Shown one piece after another: positions 10,098-19,426 of a stretch of 64,000 nucleotides of DNA. The notes beneath the pieces are model-generated. The model worked only from the letters and a program-made list of their open reading frames with translations. It made no database searches and had not been told where the DNA came from. The number at the start of each line of letters is the position of its first letter. The first letter of the stretch is position 1. Origin of the DNA: Dehalococcoidia bacterium (GTDB taxonomy: Bacteria > Chloroflexota > Dehalococcoidia > Lucifugimonadales > UBA3495); the NCBI GenBank assembly GCA_034428795.1, contig DAOUHF010000035.1:131-64130 (forward strand). Direction: 5' to 3'. The translations under genes and the position numbers were made by a program.

Positions 10098-10991
10098 TTA
10101 GCCTCGCGCCGGCAAATACTCGCGGTACCATTCCAGCGTATGTTTCATCACCTCGCTGAACGCCGGTTCTGCGTATACTTCGTAGTGGCCAAACCCCTTC
10201 AATGTCACCAGCTTCTTCGGCTCTCCGGCATGGGCGTATAGCTGCTCCGACTCTTCCGGCGGGACCAGACGGTCGTCGCTGCTGGTGATGAACAGGATGG
10301 GCCGAGGGGATATCCGGCCCACGATCCACTCGGGGTTGAACCCGAGGGTATCGTCGACGTACTCCAAGGGAATGGTCCCGACGGCCGCCGGGTTCTTGGC
10401 CCGGGCCGCAGCTGCCAGAGCGGCTGACTGCCGGTCCGGCAGCAGGATGTCGCCGCGCTCCACCATCTCCGACTTCCCGGTAAGCGCACGCTGTGTGCGG
10501 TCCTCCGCCGAGCGTTCCAGGAGGTCGAACCATTCGTCCATCCGCCGGACTCGGCTCATCCAGCGGGCGCCATGGCCGATTCCGACGACGCTGACGACGC
10601 ACTTGGCCCGTGGATCGATGGCCCCGACCCAAGAGACCGTGGCCCCGCCGTAGCTGGTGCCGTAGATCCCGATACGCTCTTCGTCCACTTCGGGCTGGAC
10701 CCCCAGGAAAGTCATAGCCGCCTGAACGTCGGCTACCCTGCTGTATGGGGCGAGGCGGTGAGGGCTCTTGCCCTCGCTTTCCCCCCAGCCTTTGTAATCA
10801 AATGTCATAACGACGTAGCCGGCCTCGTTCAAGACACGGGCGTTATCCGGCAGGTAAAGGTCCTTGACGCCGGTGTAGCCGTGGCACAGCAACACCCCGG
10901 CACGCCGTTCGCCGGGCGCCAGGCTGTCGGGAGTGTAAACGTCACCGCAGAGCTTGAAACCCTCGCTGTAGAATTCAACCGCACGTTTCAT
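10098..10991 (-). CDS. Alpha/beta hydrolase (dienelactone-hydrolase/esterase-like)
   Basis: GTSYGG nucleophile elbow and a C-terminal GFGHYE motif. ATG at 10991 is preferred because an AGGAGA lies 8 nt upstream. The track ORF starts at TTG 11021. Confidence 0.8.
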   Translation of the reverse strand: MKRAVEFYSEGFKLCGDVYTPDSLAPGERRAGVLLCHGYTGVKDLYLPDNARVLNEAGYVVMTFDYKGWGESEGKSPHRLAPYSRVADVQAAMTFLGVQPEVDEERIGIYGTSYGGATVSWVGAIDPRAKCVVSVVGIGHGARWMSRVRRMDEWFDLLERSAEDRTQRALTGKSEMVERGDILLPDRQSAALAAAARAKNPAAVGTIPLEYVDDTLGFNPEWIVGRISPRPILFITSSDDRLVPPEESEQLYAHAGEPKKLVTLKGFGHYEVYAEPAFSEVMKHTLEWYREYLPARG

Positions 10992-11112
10992 CAGCCCCGT
11001 CTCCTGTGTGTACAGATCCAATCCCGGTCCAATCCCGGTGTTCTCTATGATCGACGCCTTATTTTAACCCTTATTTGAATCACAGGGGACGCAGAGAGCA
11101 CAGAGGTCCGTT

Positions 11113-11985
11113 TCAGGCCAGCCCGGTTGACCGGGCGCTGAGCTCCCACAGCCGGGCCGCCAGCGTTTCGTCGTGGGAAGCCGCCGAAGACCGGACGGCC
11201 TGCTTGTCTTCGAAGTACTGACCGCTGACCCCTTCGATTTCGGGAGACGACGCCAGGTAGACGGGCGTCTCAGCGCCCTGCTCCACGTCGATTCCACGGA
11301 ACCCCAGCAGGTAGTTGAGCGTACGGCCCACGATTCCGTTGTTGGCCATGATGTTGGTGTAGACCAGACCGGGGTGCAGGGCGTTGGCGGTGACGCCGGT
11401 CCCATCGAGCCTGCGGGCCAACTCGTTGGTGAAGAGCAGGTTGCAGAGCTTGGAACGGGCGTAGGCCCGGTACCCCAGGTACAGCCGGGGGTCCCGCAGC
11501 GCCTCCGGATTCATTCTGCCGGCGTTTCGGTGGGAGCTGGACGACACGTTGACCACCCGCGCCCCAGGGGTGGCGGTCAGCAGGTCGACGAGCAGGTTGG
11601 TCAGGAGGAAATAGGCCAGGTGGTTGACCGCGAAGGTCATCTCGATGCCGTCTACGGTGCGCCTTTTCCGAAAGTTGATGGCGCCGGCGTTGTTCACCAG
11701 AACGTCCAAACGCGGGAACCGGCCGGTGATTTCTTCGGCCAGCCGACGGACCTCCTGCTGGGAGGAGAGGTCGGCCACCAGGAAGTCCACTGAGGGATTG
11801 CCGGTCTGTTCTCGAATCACGCTTACGGCAGCCTGGCACCGGGCTGCATTGCGCCCGCCGACTATCACCTCGGCCCCGATGGCGGCCAGCTCCCGGGCGG
11901 TGACGTACCCGATGCCGGCCGTGGCCCCGGTTATCAGACAGGTCTTGCCTGCCATCGGGCCCGATATTTCAGGTCGATTCGCCAT
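11113..11985 (-). CDS. SDR-family oxidoreductase (retinol-dehydrogenase-like)
   Basis: TGATAGIG Rossmann motif, NNAG, and YxxSK catalytic motif (YARSK). Confidence 0.9.
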   Translation of the reverse strand: MANRPEISGPMAGKTCLITGATAGIGYVTARELAAIGAEVIVGGRNAARCQAAVSVIREQTGNPSVDFLVADLSSQQEVRRLAEEITGRFPRLDVLVNNAGAINFRKRRTVDGIEMTFAVNHLAYFLLTNLLVDLLTATPGARVVNVSSSSHRNAGRMNPEALRDPRLYLGYRAYARSKLCNLLFTNELARRLDGTGVTANALHPGLVYTNIMANNGIVGRTLNYLLGFRGIDVEQGAETPVYLASSPEIEGVSGQYFEDKQAVRSSAASHDETLAARLWELSARSTGLA

Positions 11986-12048
11986 TTGACCCCGCTCGCT
12001 GGACTAACCCTTAGAATGTTACTCGATTCAGCCCGCCCGGTCATGCCA

Positions 12049-12166
12049 GGGAACCTCTGAACAAGCTATGGTCATTGAGGCGAAAGCCGAAATCTCGGAG
12101 GAGAGCTTAACGACCCCCATCCTAACCTTCCCCCATCGGGGGGAAGGGACTTGTTCAGATGTTCCC
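12049..12166. mobile_element. Full-length 118-bp MITE-like repeat with 17-bp imperfect terminal inverted repeats
   Basis: gggaacCtctgaacaag ... cttgttcagaTgttccc termini. The interior carries the hairpin cccttcccccc-atcg/gatg-gggggaaggg. Related copies lie at 19427, 33614, 39224 and 42208. Confidence 0.7.
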
Positions 12167-12269
12167 GAGGACGGCCGGAGATGCTGCCGTTGTCCCGATC
12201 TCGTGAGGCATCTAGAATTCCGGCAGAGCGGGCCGTCGACGGTCCCGCCGCGACGCTATTGGAGGAACC

Positions 12270-13217
12270 ATGTCCATCACATTCGGTTGCAGCCTGGGTG
12301 TCGAAGACTATTGGGACGTGCCGGAGTTCGCCCGCCGCGCCGAGGACATGGGGTTTAAGAGAATTGCCATGGGCGAGCACGTTATGGACGGCAACCCGCC
12401 CCGCCCCACTCTGCTCAATATTCCGGCGATGGCGGCGGCGGCCGGGGCCACGCGAACCCTCAGGGTAATGACCGGCATCGTGATTGTGCCGCTGTACCAC
12501 CCGGTGGTGCTGTCCAAGCTGGTAACCAGCCTCGACTGCGTCTCCAACGGACGCCTGGACTTCGGCATCGGCATCAGCGGCCAGCGGGGCACCAAAGTGG
12601 AGTTCGACGCCCTTGGGATTTCGACCCGCACCCGGGGCCGGCGCACCAACGAGATGCTGGAGGTGATGCGGCGGCTCTGGACCGAAGACCACGTCAACCA
12701 CCACGGCGATTTCTTCGACTTCGAGGACGTGACGCTGCTGCCCAAGCCGGTGCAAAAGCCCTACCCGCCCATCTGGGTATCGGGCCGCAGCGAAGCCGCC
12801 ATGCGGCGGGCCGCGCTGTTGGGCGACGGCTGGTACCCCTACCTGTTCACCGTCCGGCGTATCCGGGCCAGCAATGAGACGATACGACAGTACGCCGCCG
12901 ATGCCGGACGCGACCTTGCGGCGTTCCACTGGGGGCTGAACCAGCCCACCGCGATATCGAACGACAGGGACGAGGCTGTCGGCATGGCCGTTTTCAACGT
13001 GGGAGAGCGGTACGTGACCGCGGAGCGGAGCGCCGAAGACATCGCCCGGGCCCTGTGCATCGCCGGGACACCGGACGAGTGCGCAAAGGCAGTGGAAGCC
13101 CGCATCGAGGCGGGGGTCGAGCACGTTAACCTGGGCTTCCTGGCCCCGGACCCGGACAGCCTCTACCGCCAGATGGAGCTCTTCGCTGCCGGCGTCATGC
13201 CGCGTTTCGTCTCTTAG
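12270..13217 (+). CDS. LLM-class F420/flavin-dependent oxidoreductase
   Basis: 315 aa with a GGAGG RBS at 12261-12265. AEDMGFKRIAMGEHV and RLDFGIG motifs of the luciferase-like family. Confidence 0.85.
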   Translation: MSITFGCSLGVEDYWDVPEFARRAEDMGFKRIAMGEHVMDGNPPRPTLLNIPAMAAAAGATRTLRVMTGIVIVPLYHPVVLSKLVTSLDCVSNGRLDFGIGISGQRGTKVEFDALGISTRTRGRRTNEMLEVMRRLWTEDHVNHHGDFFDFEDVTLLPKPVQKPYPPIWVSGRSEAAMRRAALLGDGWYPYLFTVRRIRASNETIRQYAADAGRDLAAFHWGLNQPTAISNDRDEAVGMAVFNVGERYVTAERSAEDIARALCIAGTPDECAKAVEARIEAGVEHVNLGFLAPDPDSLYRQMELFAAGVMPRFVS

Positions 13218-13318
13218 ACCCCGGGCGTTGGACCCCCGGCGTTTAATTTCTCCCCGCGCGGGGTTAGAATTGCGGCTGTGCCCGGGCTCACCAATTGCAC
13301 GATCAGGAGGCGTTAGCC

Positions 13319-15064
13319 ATGCCAGATTCGACATCTATCAAGGTCGAAACCAACCTTCCGGCGACTATGAGAGACGGTGTGGTCCTCTATGCCGACGTAT
13401 ACCGGCCGGACGGCCCCGGCCCCTTCCCGACGGTGCTCCAACGCACTCCCTACGATAAGTCGGGACCCTTGGCAACCCAGATGCTGGACCCCCTGAAGGT
13501 CGCCCAAAACGGGTTCGCGCTGGTCATCCAGGACACCCGCGGACGCTTCACCTCCGAGGGGGAGTTCTACTGTTTCGTGGACGACATTGAAGACGGCTAC
13601 GACTCGGTGGAGTGGGCGGCCTCCCAGCCTTGGTCCAACGGCAGGATCGGCATGGTCGGCGCTTCATACGTCGGCGCGACCCAGTGGCTGGCCGCCACCA
13701 CCCGGCCGCCCCACCTGGTGACCCTGGTCCCCAACGTCACAGCTTCCAACTACCACGACGGCTGGACCTATCAGGGCGGCGCTTTCGAGCTGGCGTTCAA
13801 CGTGTCATGGACTCTCAACCAGCTCGCGCTCGCCAACTTCCCGACCCAGTCAAAAGCCAAGGGTATTCCACAAGACCGCCAATCCGGCCTGCTCAAGGCA
13901 GTTGACGGCATGACCGACGCCTACCGGTCGCTGCCTCTCCAGGACCTGCCCTACCTGAAGGACGGCCTGGCTCCCTATTACTACGATTGGCTCGCCCATC
14001 CCGACTTCGACGACTACTGGAAGAAGCTGTGCATCGAAGACCAGCATTCCAACATTACCACGCCCGCCCTGCACATCGGCGGATGGTACGACATCTTCCT
14101 GGGCGGCACCATCCGTAATTTCCTGGGCATGCGGAAATCGGGGGCCACAGAGGACGCCCGGCGCGGCCAGAAGCTGATAATCGGTCCTTGGGAGCACAGC
14201 TCCCGGGGCGGCAGCATGGTCGGCAGCCACTACTTCGGCGTCGCGGCGGACGCCAACGCCCTGGGACTGGACGACATACACCTAAGGTGGTACGACTACT
14301 GGCTGAACGGAGTGGACAACGGCATCCTGAGCGAACCCCCGGTGAAGATTTTCGTCATGGGGGACGACGTTTGGCGCGACGAGCAGGACTGGCCTTTGGC
14401 CCGTGCTCAAGACACCAGGTTCTTCCTGCATAGCGGCGGCAAGGCCAACTCCCGCCACGGCGACGGCAGCCTGGGCGTGGAGGGTCCCGGAGACGAGCCG
14501 GCCGACGTTTTCCTCTACAACCCGGCGGACCCCGTGCCGACCGTGGGCGGGGCGCTCTGTTGCAATCCCTATTTTGCCGCCAACGGCGCTTTCGACCAGA
14601 ACGACATCGAGTCCAGGGCCGACGTCCTGGTCTATTCCACCCCGCCCCTCGAACGAGAGGTGGAGGTTACCGGACCGGTCACGGTCACCCTCTGGGCGGC
14701 CACCTCGGCCACCGACACCGACTTCACCGCCAAGCTGGTGGACGTGTGCGAAGACGGCTGCGCCCGCAACCTCACCGACGGGATCATCCGGGCCCGCTAC
14801 CGCAACTCCATGTCCCACCCGGAACCCGTAGAGCCCGGAACGCCCGTTTGCTACACCATCGACCTCTGGGCCACCAGCAACGTGTTCAAAGCGGGACACC
14901 GCATCCGCTTGGAGATCTCCAGCAGCAACTTCCCGCGGTTTGACCGCAACACCAACACCGGCAACCTGATAGCGGCCGACAGCGATCTCAAACCCGCTCT
15001 CCAGACGGTGCTGCACGCGGGACAGCACGCGTCCTGCGTCACGCTGCCCATCGTGCCCCGGTAA
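13319..15064 (+). CDS. CocE/NonD-family hydrolase (X-Pro dipeptidyl-peptidase S15-like)
   Basis: AGGAGG lies 8 nt upstream of ATG 13319. Motifs LYADVYRP...PTVLQRTPY and GMVGASYVG (GxSYxG nucleophile), with the C-terminal beta-sandwich motif HRIRLEISSSNFPRFDRN. Confidence 0.9.
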   Translation: MPDSTSIKVETNLPATMRDGVVLYADVYRPDGPGPFPTVLQRTPYDKSGPLATQMLDPLKVAQNGFALVIQDTRGRFTSEGEFYCFVDDIEDGYDSVEWAASQPWSNGRIGMVGASYVGATQWLAATTRPPHLVTLVPNVTASNYHDGWTYQGGAFELAFNVSWTLNQLALANFPTQSKAKGIPQDRQSGLLKAVDGMTDAYRSLPLQDLPYLKDGLAPYYYDWLAHPDFDDYWKKLCIEDQHSNITTPALHIGGWYDIFLGGTIRNFLGMRKSGATEDARRGQKLIIGPWEHSSRGGSMVGSHYFGVAADANALGLDDIHLRWYDYWLNGVDNGILSEPPVKIFVMGDDVWRDEQDWPLARAQDTRFFLHSGGKANSRHGDGSLGVEGPGDEPADVFLYNPADPVPTVGGALCCNPYFAANGAFDQNDIESRADVLVYSTPPLEREVEVTGPVTVTLWAATSATDTDFTAKLVDVCEDGCARNLTDGIIRARYRNSMSHPEPVEPGTPVCYTIDLWATSNVFKAGHRIRLEISSSNFPRFDRNTNTGNLIAADSDLKPALQTVLHAGQHASCVTLPIVPR

Positions 15065-15065
15065 C

Positions 15066-15275
15066 AGTGTCCCCTCCCCTTGGCAGGGGGAGGGTCAGGG
15101 AGGGGGTCGTCCCCTCCTCGCGTTTTCCTTCTCCAACTACAGCAGGGCGGGGCGGGGTGCCCCCTTCCTAACCTTCCCCCTCCGGGGGGAAGGGACTTAC
15201 AATCTTCCCTTCTCCTTGGGGAGAAGGGACTTACAATCTTCCCTTCTCCTTGGGGAGAAGGCCAGGATGAGGGGA
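15066..15275. repeat. REP-like hairpin cluster including a roughly 35-bp tandem duplication
   Basis: Hairpins cccctcccc-ttggca-ggggaggg and ccttccccc-tcc-ggggggaagg, then gggacttacaatcttcccttctccttggggagaag repeated twice. Confidence 0.75.
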
Positions 15276-15276
15276 T

Positions 15277-15792
15277 ATGCCCCACGAGTCGATTCCGGAC
15301 CCTTCGGCCCCAGCGGACCCGCTCCGGGACTGGTACCGCGACACCATCTGGGGCCGGCGCCTTGACGACGACGACGCCCTCTTCGAGGTGATGAGCCTTC
15401 AGGTCTTCCAGGCCGGGCTCACCTGGAAGATGGTGCTGGACAAGCGGGACGGGTTCAGGGACGCCTTCGCCGGCTGGAAAATCGACCTGGTGGCGGCCTT
15501 GGGACCCTTGGAGGTCGAGGGGCTGCGGGAGCACACAGGCATCATCCGCAACCGGCTCAAGATCGAGGCTGTCGTGGAGAACGCGCGGCGGATACAGGGG
15601 TTGCAGCGCGACCACGGCAGCTTTTGCCGGTGGTTCTACGAGGTGCTGCCCGGCTCGGACTATCCTTCGCTGCAGAAAGAGTTGCGGGGCCTCTTCAAGT
15701 TCATGGGCCCGGAAATCTCCCGTATGTGGCTCATGGCCGCCGGCCGCATCACCCGGGAAGAAGGCGACAAGTACCGGCCCAACGCCGGTTGA
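15277..15792 (+). CDS. tag: DNA-3-methyladenine glycosylase I
   Basis: 171 aa; FEVMSLQVFQAGLTWKMVLDKRDGFRDAF is the hallmark Tag motif. Confidence 0.85.
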   Translation: MPHESIPDPSAPADPLRDWYRDTIWGRRLDDDDALFEVMSLQVFQAGLTWKMVLDKRDGFRDAFAGWKIDLVAALGPLEVEGLREHTGIIRNRLKIEAVVENARRIQGLQRDHGSFCRWFYEVLPGSDYPSLQKELRGLFKFMGPEISRMWLMAAGRITREEGDKYRPNAG

Positions 15793-15797
15793 GCCAA

Positions 15798-16022
15798 TTA
15801 TCGGGAGAGACCGCCTGACGGACTGCGGTTGACCAGCGAGGCCAGTAGTTCCTTCGATGCCCCGGTGATATCGTCCACTGCCCTTTGGAACGCCGCGACG
15901 TTGGCTTGGGAAGGGTGGCGGTAGCCGCTGATCGTACGAACGAACTGCCGGGCCGCTTCCCGGATTTCCAGTTCCGATGGCTCCCCGTCGTTTTGCCGCA
16001 GTACCTTGATGCTTCGGCACAT
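15798..16022 (-). CDS. DUF2277-family small protein
   Basis: 74 aa beginning MCRSIKVLR...EIREAARQFVRTISG, the pattern I recall for DUF2277 proteins. Confidence 0.65.
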   Translation of the reverse strand: MCRSIKVLRQNDGEPSELEIREAARQFVRTISGYRHPSQANVAAFQRAVDDITGASKELLASLVNRSPSGGLSR

Positions 16023-16052
16023 CTGAAGCTCCCTGTCGACCGGGTTGAGCAG

Positions 16053-16955
16053 CTAGCGCACTCTGACGTACTTGGTCGCTATGCCGGAAGACCCGCCGGC
16101 CATTGCTCCGCTTACCAGGTAGATATCGCCGCGGGCGTCCGGCCAAATCTGGTGGCTGCGCGGGGTGGTCCAACTGGCCAATATGTTGCTTGACTCATCC
16201 CGGACGGTCAGCAGGTTCCGCGCGGCCTCGTTGCTCTCCCGTTCCGCCAGGTAGTAATGGCCGTCCCGCCCAATATGGAAGTCGGTTGGGAGCTGGACGT
16301 TGCTCCACTGGGAGACGAACTCGCCTTCCAGATCGAATATCTGGATGCGGTTATTCTTCCGGTCGCAAACGTATACTAGCCCATCGTCGCTTACCCAGAG
16401 GCTGTGCGGCGAGAAGAACGCGCCGGGCCCGTCCCCGCCGGGCCGTCCCCACGAAGCTATCAACCGGCCATCGGAGGAAAACCGGTGCACCCGGCAATTG
16501 CGGTAGCCGTCGGAGGCGTACAGGTCTCCCGACGGCGACGGTGACAAGCGGGTTGGGCGGTTGAACGGGCCGCCAGCCCGTGGCACCACACCCTCGTCTT
16601 CAAAGCAACCGGTGTCGGACGGCTGGCCCCGGTTGCCTATTTCCAACAACACTTCCCCTTCTACCGAGAGCTTGAGCGCCACGTGGTCGCCCCGGTCGGC
16701 CAGGTAGATAACGTCGTCGGGCCCGATGTACATGGTATGCGGCTCAACGATGTAGCCTGTTCCCCACGAGTCCAGAAACCGGCCGTCACGGTCGAACACC
16801 AAGACCGGCGGGTCTTGTTGCTGCTGGCAGACGTAGACTCGTTCTTGGGAGTCCGCAACTACCCCTGTCACCACGCCGGGGCTCCACCCCTCAGGCAACG
16901 CCCCCCATGAGTCGTGGACGTCGAACCGAAGATCACCTGCTTCTATCGTCGCCAT
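16053..16955 (-). CDS. NHL-repeat six-bladed beta-propeller protein (amidating-lyase-like)
   Basis: Repeated YVCD/YLAD/YASD blade motifs. ATG 16955 is preferred over the track start GTG 16964. The start codon lies inside a 41-bp tandem repeat. Confidence 0.75.
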   Translation of the reverse strand: MATIEAGDLRFDVHDSWGALPEGWSPGVVTGVVADSQERVYVCQQQQDPPVLVFDRDGRFLDSWGTGYIVEPHTMYIGPDDVIYLADRGDHVALKLSVEGEVLLEIGNRGQPSDTGCFEDEGVVPRAGGPFNRPTRLSPSPSGDLYASDGYRNCRVHRFSSDGRLIASWGRPGGDGPGAFFSPHSLWVSDDGLVYVCDRKNNRIQIFDLEGEFVSQWSNVQLPTDFHIGRDGHYYLAERESNEAARNLLTVRDESSNILASWTTPRSHQIWPDARGDIYLVSGAMAGGSSGIATKYVRVR

Positions 16956-17084
16956 GGAAGTCACCCCCGTCCGATATAGGGTATCGTCGTCGCCATTGGA
17001 ATCACCCCCGTCCGATATAGGGCGTCTTCGTCGCCATGGAAATCACCCCCGTCCGATATAGGGCATCTTCGTCGCCATGATGGT
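16948..17084. repeat. 41-bp tandem repeat (3 copies plus a partial) spanning the SDR 3' end and the NHL gene start
   Basis: gtcgcc anchors at 16948, 16989, 17030 and 17071, an exact 41-bp period. On the minus strand each copy reads ATGGCGACGA..CCCTATATCGGACGGGGGTGA. Confidence 0.9.
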
Positions 17085-17801
17085 CATGAACTGAATATTG
17101 GTGTCCAGCGGAAGGTTCGCGATGTAGACGATGGACTCCGCGACGTGGTTGACGTCGAACCTCGGTTCCGTAGCGACCTGACCGTGGGCTTGCAGGACGC
17201 CGGTTTCCATGGCCGCCGTCATATCGGTGTCGGCGTTGCCGATGTCGATCTGGCTGCAGGCGATGTTGTACTTCCGGCCGTCGAGCGACGTGGACTTGGT
17301 GAGTCCGGTTACGGCGTGCTTGGTGGACGTATAGGGGGCGCTGTTGGGCCGGGGCACGTAGGCCGAGATGGAGCCGTTGTTGATAACGCGCCCGCCCATC
17401 GGTTCCTGCCCCTTCATGACCTTGAAGGCTTCCTGGGTGCAGAGGAACGTACCGGTCAGGTTGGTGTCCACAACCCGCTGCCACTGCTCGAAGGTCAGGT
17501 CCTCCATGTTGGCCGGCGGCGTGCCGACGCCGGCGTTATTGAACAGCACGTCCAGCCGGCCGAAGGCTTCGACAGTCTTGGCGAACAGGGCTTGAACATC
17601 CTCGGGCCGTCCGACGTCGGTGGGCACGGCCAGGGCGCGTTCCCGGCATTCTTCCGCCTCGGCCAAAGTCGACTCCAGCGACTCGATGCGGCGGCCGGCC
17701 ACGGCCACGGAGTAACCGTCCCGCAACAGGGCCAAGGCGGCGTGTTTGCCGACTCCGGTGCCGGCGCCGGTGACAATGGCGACTCTGCCGTTGGAACTCA
17801 T
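17043..17801 (-). CDS. SDR-family oxidoreductase
   Basis: TGAGTGVG and NNAG motifs and YTSTK catalytic motif; 252 aa. Confidence 0.9.
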   Translation of the reverse strand: MSSNGRVAIVTGAGTGVGKHAALALLRDGYSVAVAGRRIESLESTLAEAEECRERALAVPTDVGRPEDVQALFAKTVEAFGRLDVLFNNAGVGTPPANMEDLTFEQWQRVVDTNLTGTFLCTQEAFKVMKGQEPMGGRVINNGSISAYVPRPNSAPYTSTKHAVTGLTKSTSLDGRKYNIACSQIDIGNADTDMTAAMETGVLQAHGQVATEPRFDVNHVAESIVYIANLPLDTNIQFMTIMATKMPYIGRG

Positions 17802-17905
17802 CAGCTAAACCTCAGATATTACCCCGGATATGGATCCGGGCTATAGATGTGGCGCTCGAAACGCCGACGGTGGCGTACCCCGATAATATGCCGACTGCTC
17901 CGGTC

Positions 17906-17951
17906 AATCAATAGACCGGCAATAGACCGGCAATAGACCGGCGATAACCGG
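17906..17951. repeat. 11-bp tandem repeat (aatagaccggc, about 4 copies)
   Basis: Read directly: caatcaatagaccggcaatagaccggcaatagaccggcgataaccgg. Confidence 0.85.
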
Positions 17952-18193
17952 GCGTTCGCGGGCTCTCCAGGAGCCTGTCTGAGCAACAACGTTCTAAACG
18001 ATAATCGTCTTCAGCGGAGCGAGTCATTCCGAATGTGGACACAATAGTGTGATAGCCACCAGGTCCAGGCGGCTTGGGTTTTTCGTGGCCAGACCGGTTG
18101 TATTCGTAGCCGGTCCAATCGATCAGATATCGGTCTTGGTAATCGGGTAGATTCCTTGTTTCAATTCAATTCCATTTGGATGGAGGCAAAAAG

Positions 18194-18223
18194 TTGCAGT
18201 GACCGCGCTTGTGAGTCTATATT
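18194..18223 (+). promoter_or_regulatory. Candidate sigma70-type promoter for glnII
   Basis: TTGCAG (18194-18199), 18-nt spacer, TATATT (18218-18223), in a locally AT-rich region about 75 nt upstream of ATG 18297. RBS aaaggag lies just before the ATG. Confidence 0.35.
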
Positions 18224-18296
18224 TTCTATACAGGCGCGAACCGGATCATCAGGCTCATGCTGAATTCACGAAGGCGGCTAGCTGAAAGGAGATGCG

Positions 18297-19322
18297 ATGG
18301 ATTTTTACAAGGCTGAATACATCTGGATAGACGGGACGGAGCCGGTGTCCAAGCTCCGGTCCAAGGGCAATGTTATCCCCAATGGGCATGAACCTCCGAT
18401 ATGGGGTTTCGACGGCTCAAGCACGAACCAGGCCGTCGGGACTTATTCCGACTGTGTATTGAGACCGGTTTACAGTTGCGCGGACCCGATTCGCGGAGAT
18501 GACAACAGGCTGGTGATGTGTGAGGTTTTGCTGCCTGACATGACGCCTCACCCCTCCAACACCAGGGCGGCGTGTGCCGCCGCGGCGGAAAAATACGCCG
18601 ATTTCGACACTTGGTTCGGTATTGAGCAGGAATACACTTTCTTCGACGGGACCAAGCCGTTGGGATGGCCTTCCAACGGCTTTCCCGCGCCGCAGGGCGG
18701 GTACTACTGCGGAGTGGGATCGGACGAGGTCTTTGGCCGTCCCGTGGTAGAAGCCCACCTGGACGCCTGTCTCCGGGCAGGGCTGATGATTGCCGGCATC
18801 AACGGGGAAGTAATGCCGGCCCAGTGGGAGTTCCAGATCGGCCCGGTGGGCACTCCTGAAGTAGCCGACCAACTATGGATCGCCCGGTGGCTCCTGTACC
18901 GCATTGGAGAGGATATCCATATCGGGGAGGACGGCAGAGGAGTCAGCGCAACGCTCGACCCCAAACCAGTCCAGGGTGACTGGAACGGCGCCGGCGCCCA
19001 CTGTAACTTCTCGACCATGCAGATGCGCGCCAGCTACGAGCCCTGCGTGGCCGCCGCCGTGGCCCTCGGGACCAACCACGACGAGCACATTGCCAACTAT
19101 GGCCATCGAATCGAAGAACGCTTGACCGGTCTCCACGAGACCTGCTCCTACAGGGAATTCAGGTATGGAGTGTCGGACAGGGGGGCGTCCGTTCGAATCC
19201 CCTGGCAGGTCCATCGGGACGGCAAAGGGTATGTTGAGGACAGGCGGCCCAACGCCAATTGCGACCCGTACAAGGTGACCCGGCTGATCCTGAACACCGT
19301 ATGCGGGGCAGCTTCGTCCTAG
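18297..19322 (+). CDS. glnII: Glutamine synthetase type II (eukaryote-like GSII)
   Basis: 341 aa. N-terminus FYKAEYIWIDGTEP..KLRSK and the motifs GIEQEYTFF, NGEVMPAQWEFQIGP and NGAGAHCNFS are typical of GSII. Confidence 0.9.
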   Translation: MDFYKAEYIWIDGTEPVSKLRSKGNVIPNGHEPPIWGFDGSSTNQAVGTYSDCVLRPVYSCADPIRGDDNRLVMCEVLLPDMTPHPSNTRAACAAAAEKYADFDTWFGIEQEYTFFDGTKPLGWPSNGFPAPQGGYYCGVGSDEVFGRPVVEAHLDACLRAGLMIAGINGEVMPAQWEFQIGPVGTPEVADQLWIARWLLYRIGEDIHIGEDGRGVSATLDPKPVQGDWNGAGAHCNFSTMQMRASYEPCVAAAVALGTNHDEHIANYGHRIEERLTGLHETCSYREFRYGVSDRGASVRIPWQVHRDGKGYVEDRRPNANCDPYKVTRLILNTVCGAASS

Positions 19323-19426
19323 CCGACCGTTTGACAGGCCGCCAGCTTCTCCCGCGGAGATAATCCGGATGCAGGCGACACAGACACGGACGCACAGACA
19401 CGGACACACAGATACGGATGTATCGA

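Noticed and set aside
18225-18296. A glutamine (glnA-RNA) riboswitch in the glnII leader.
   Set aside because: I found only a loose resemblance (acgaagg). I could not find the conserved CGUUC...GGAAG...GAAGGAACG elements or their pairing. A covariance-model scan is needed before any claim.
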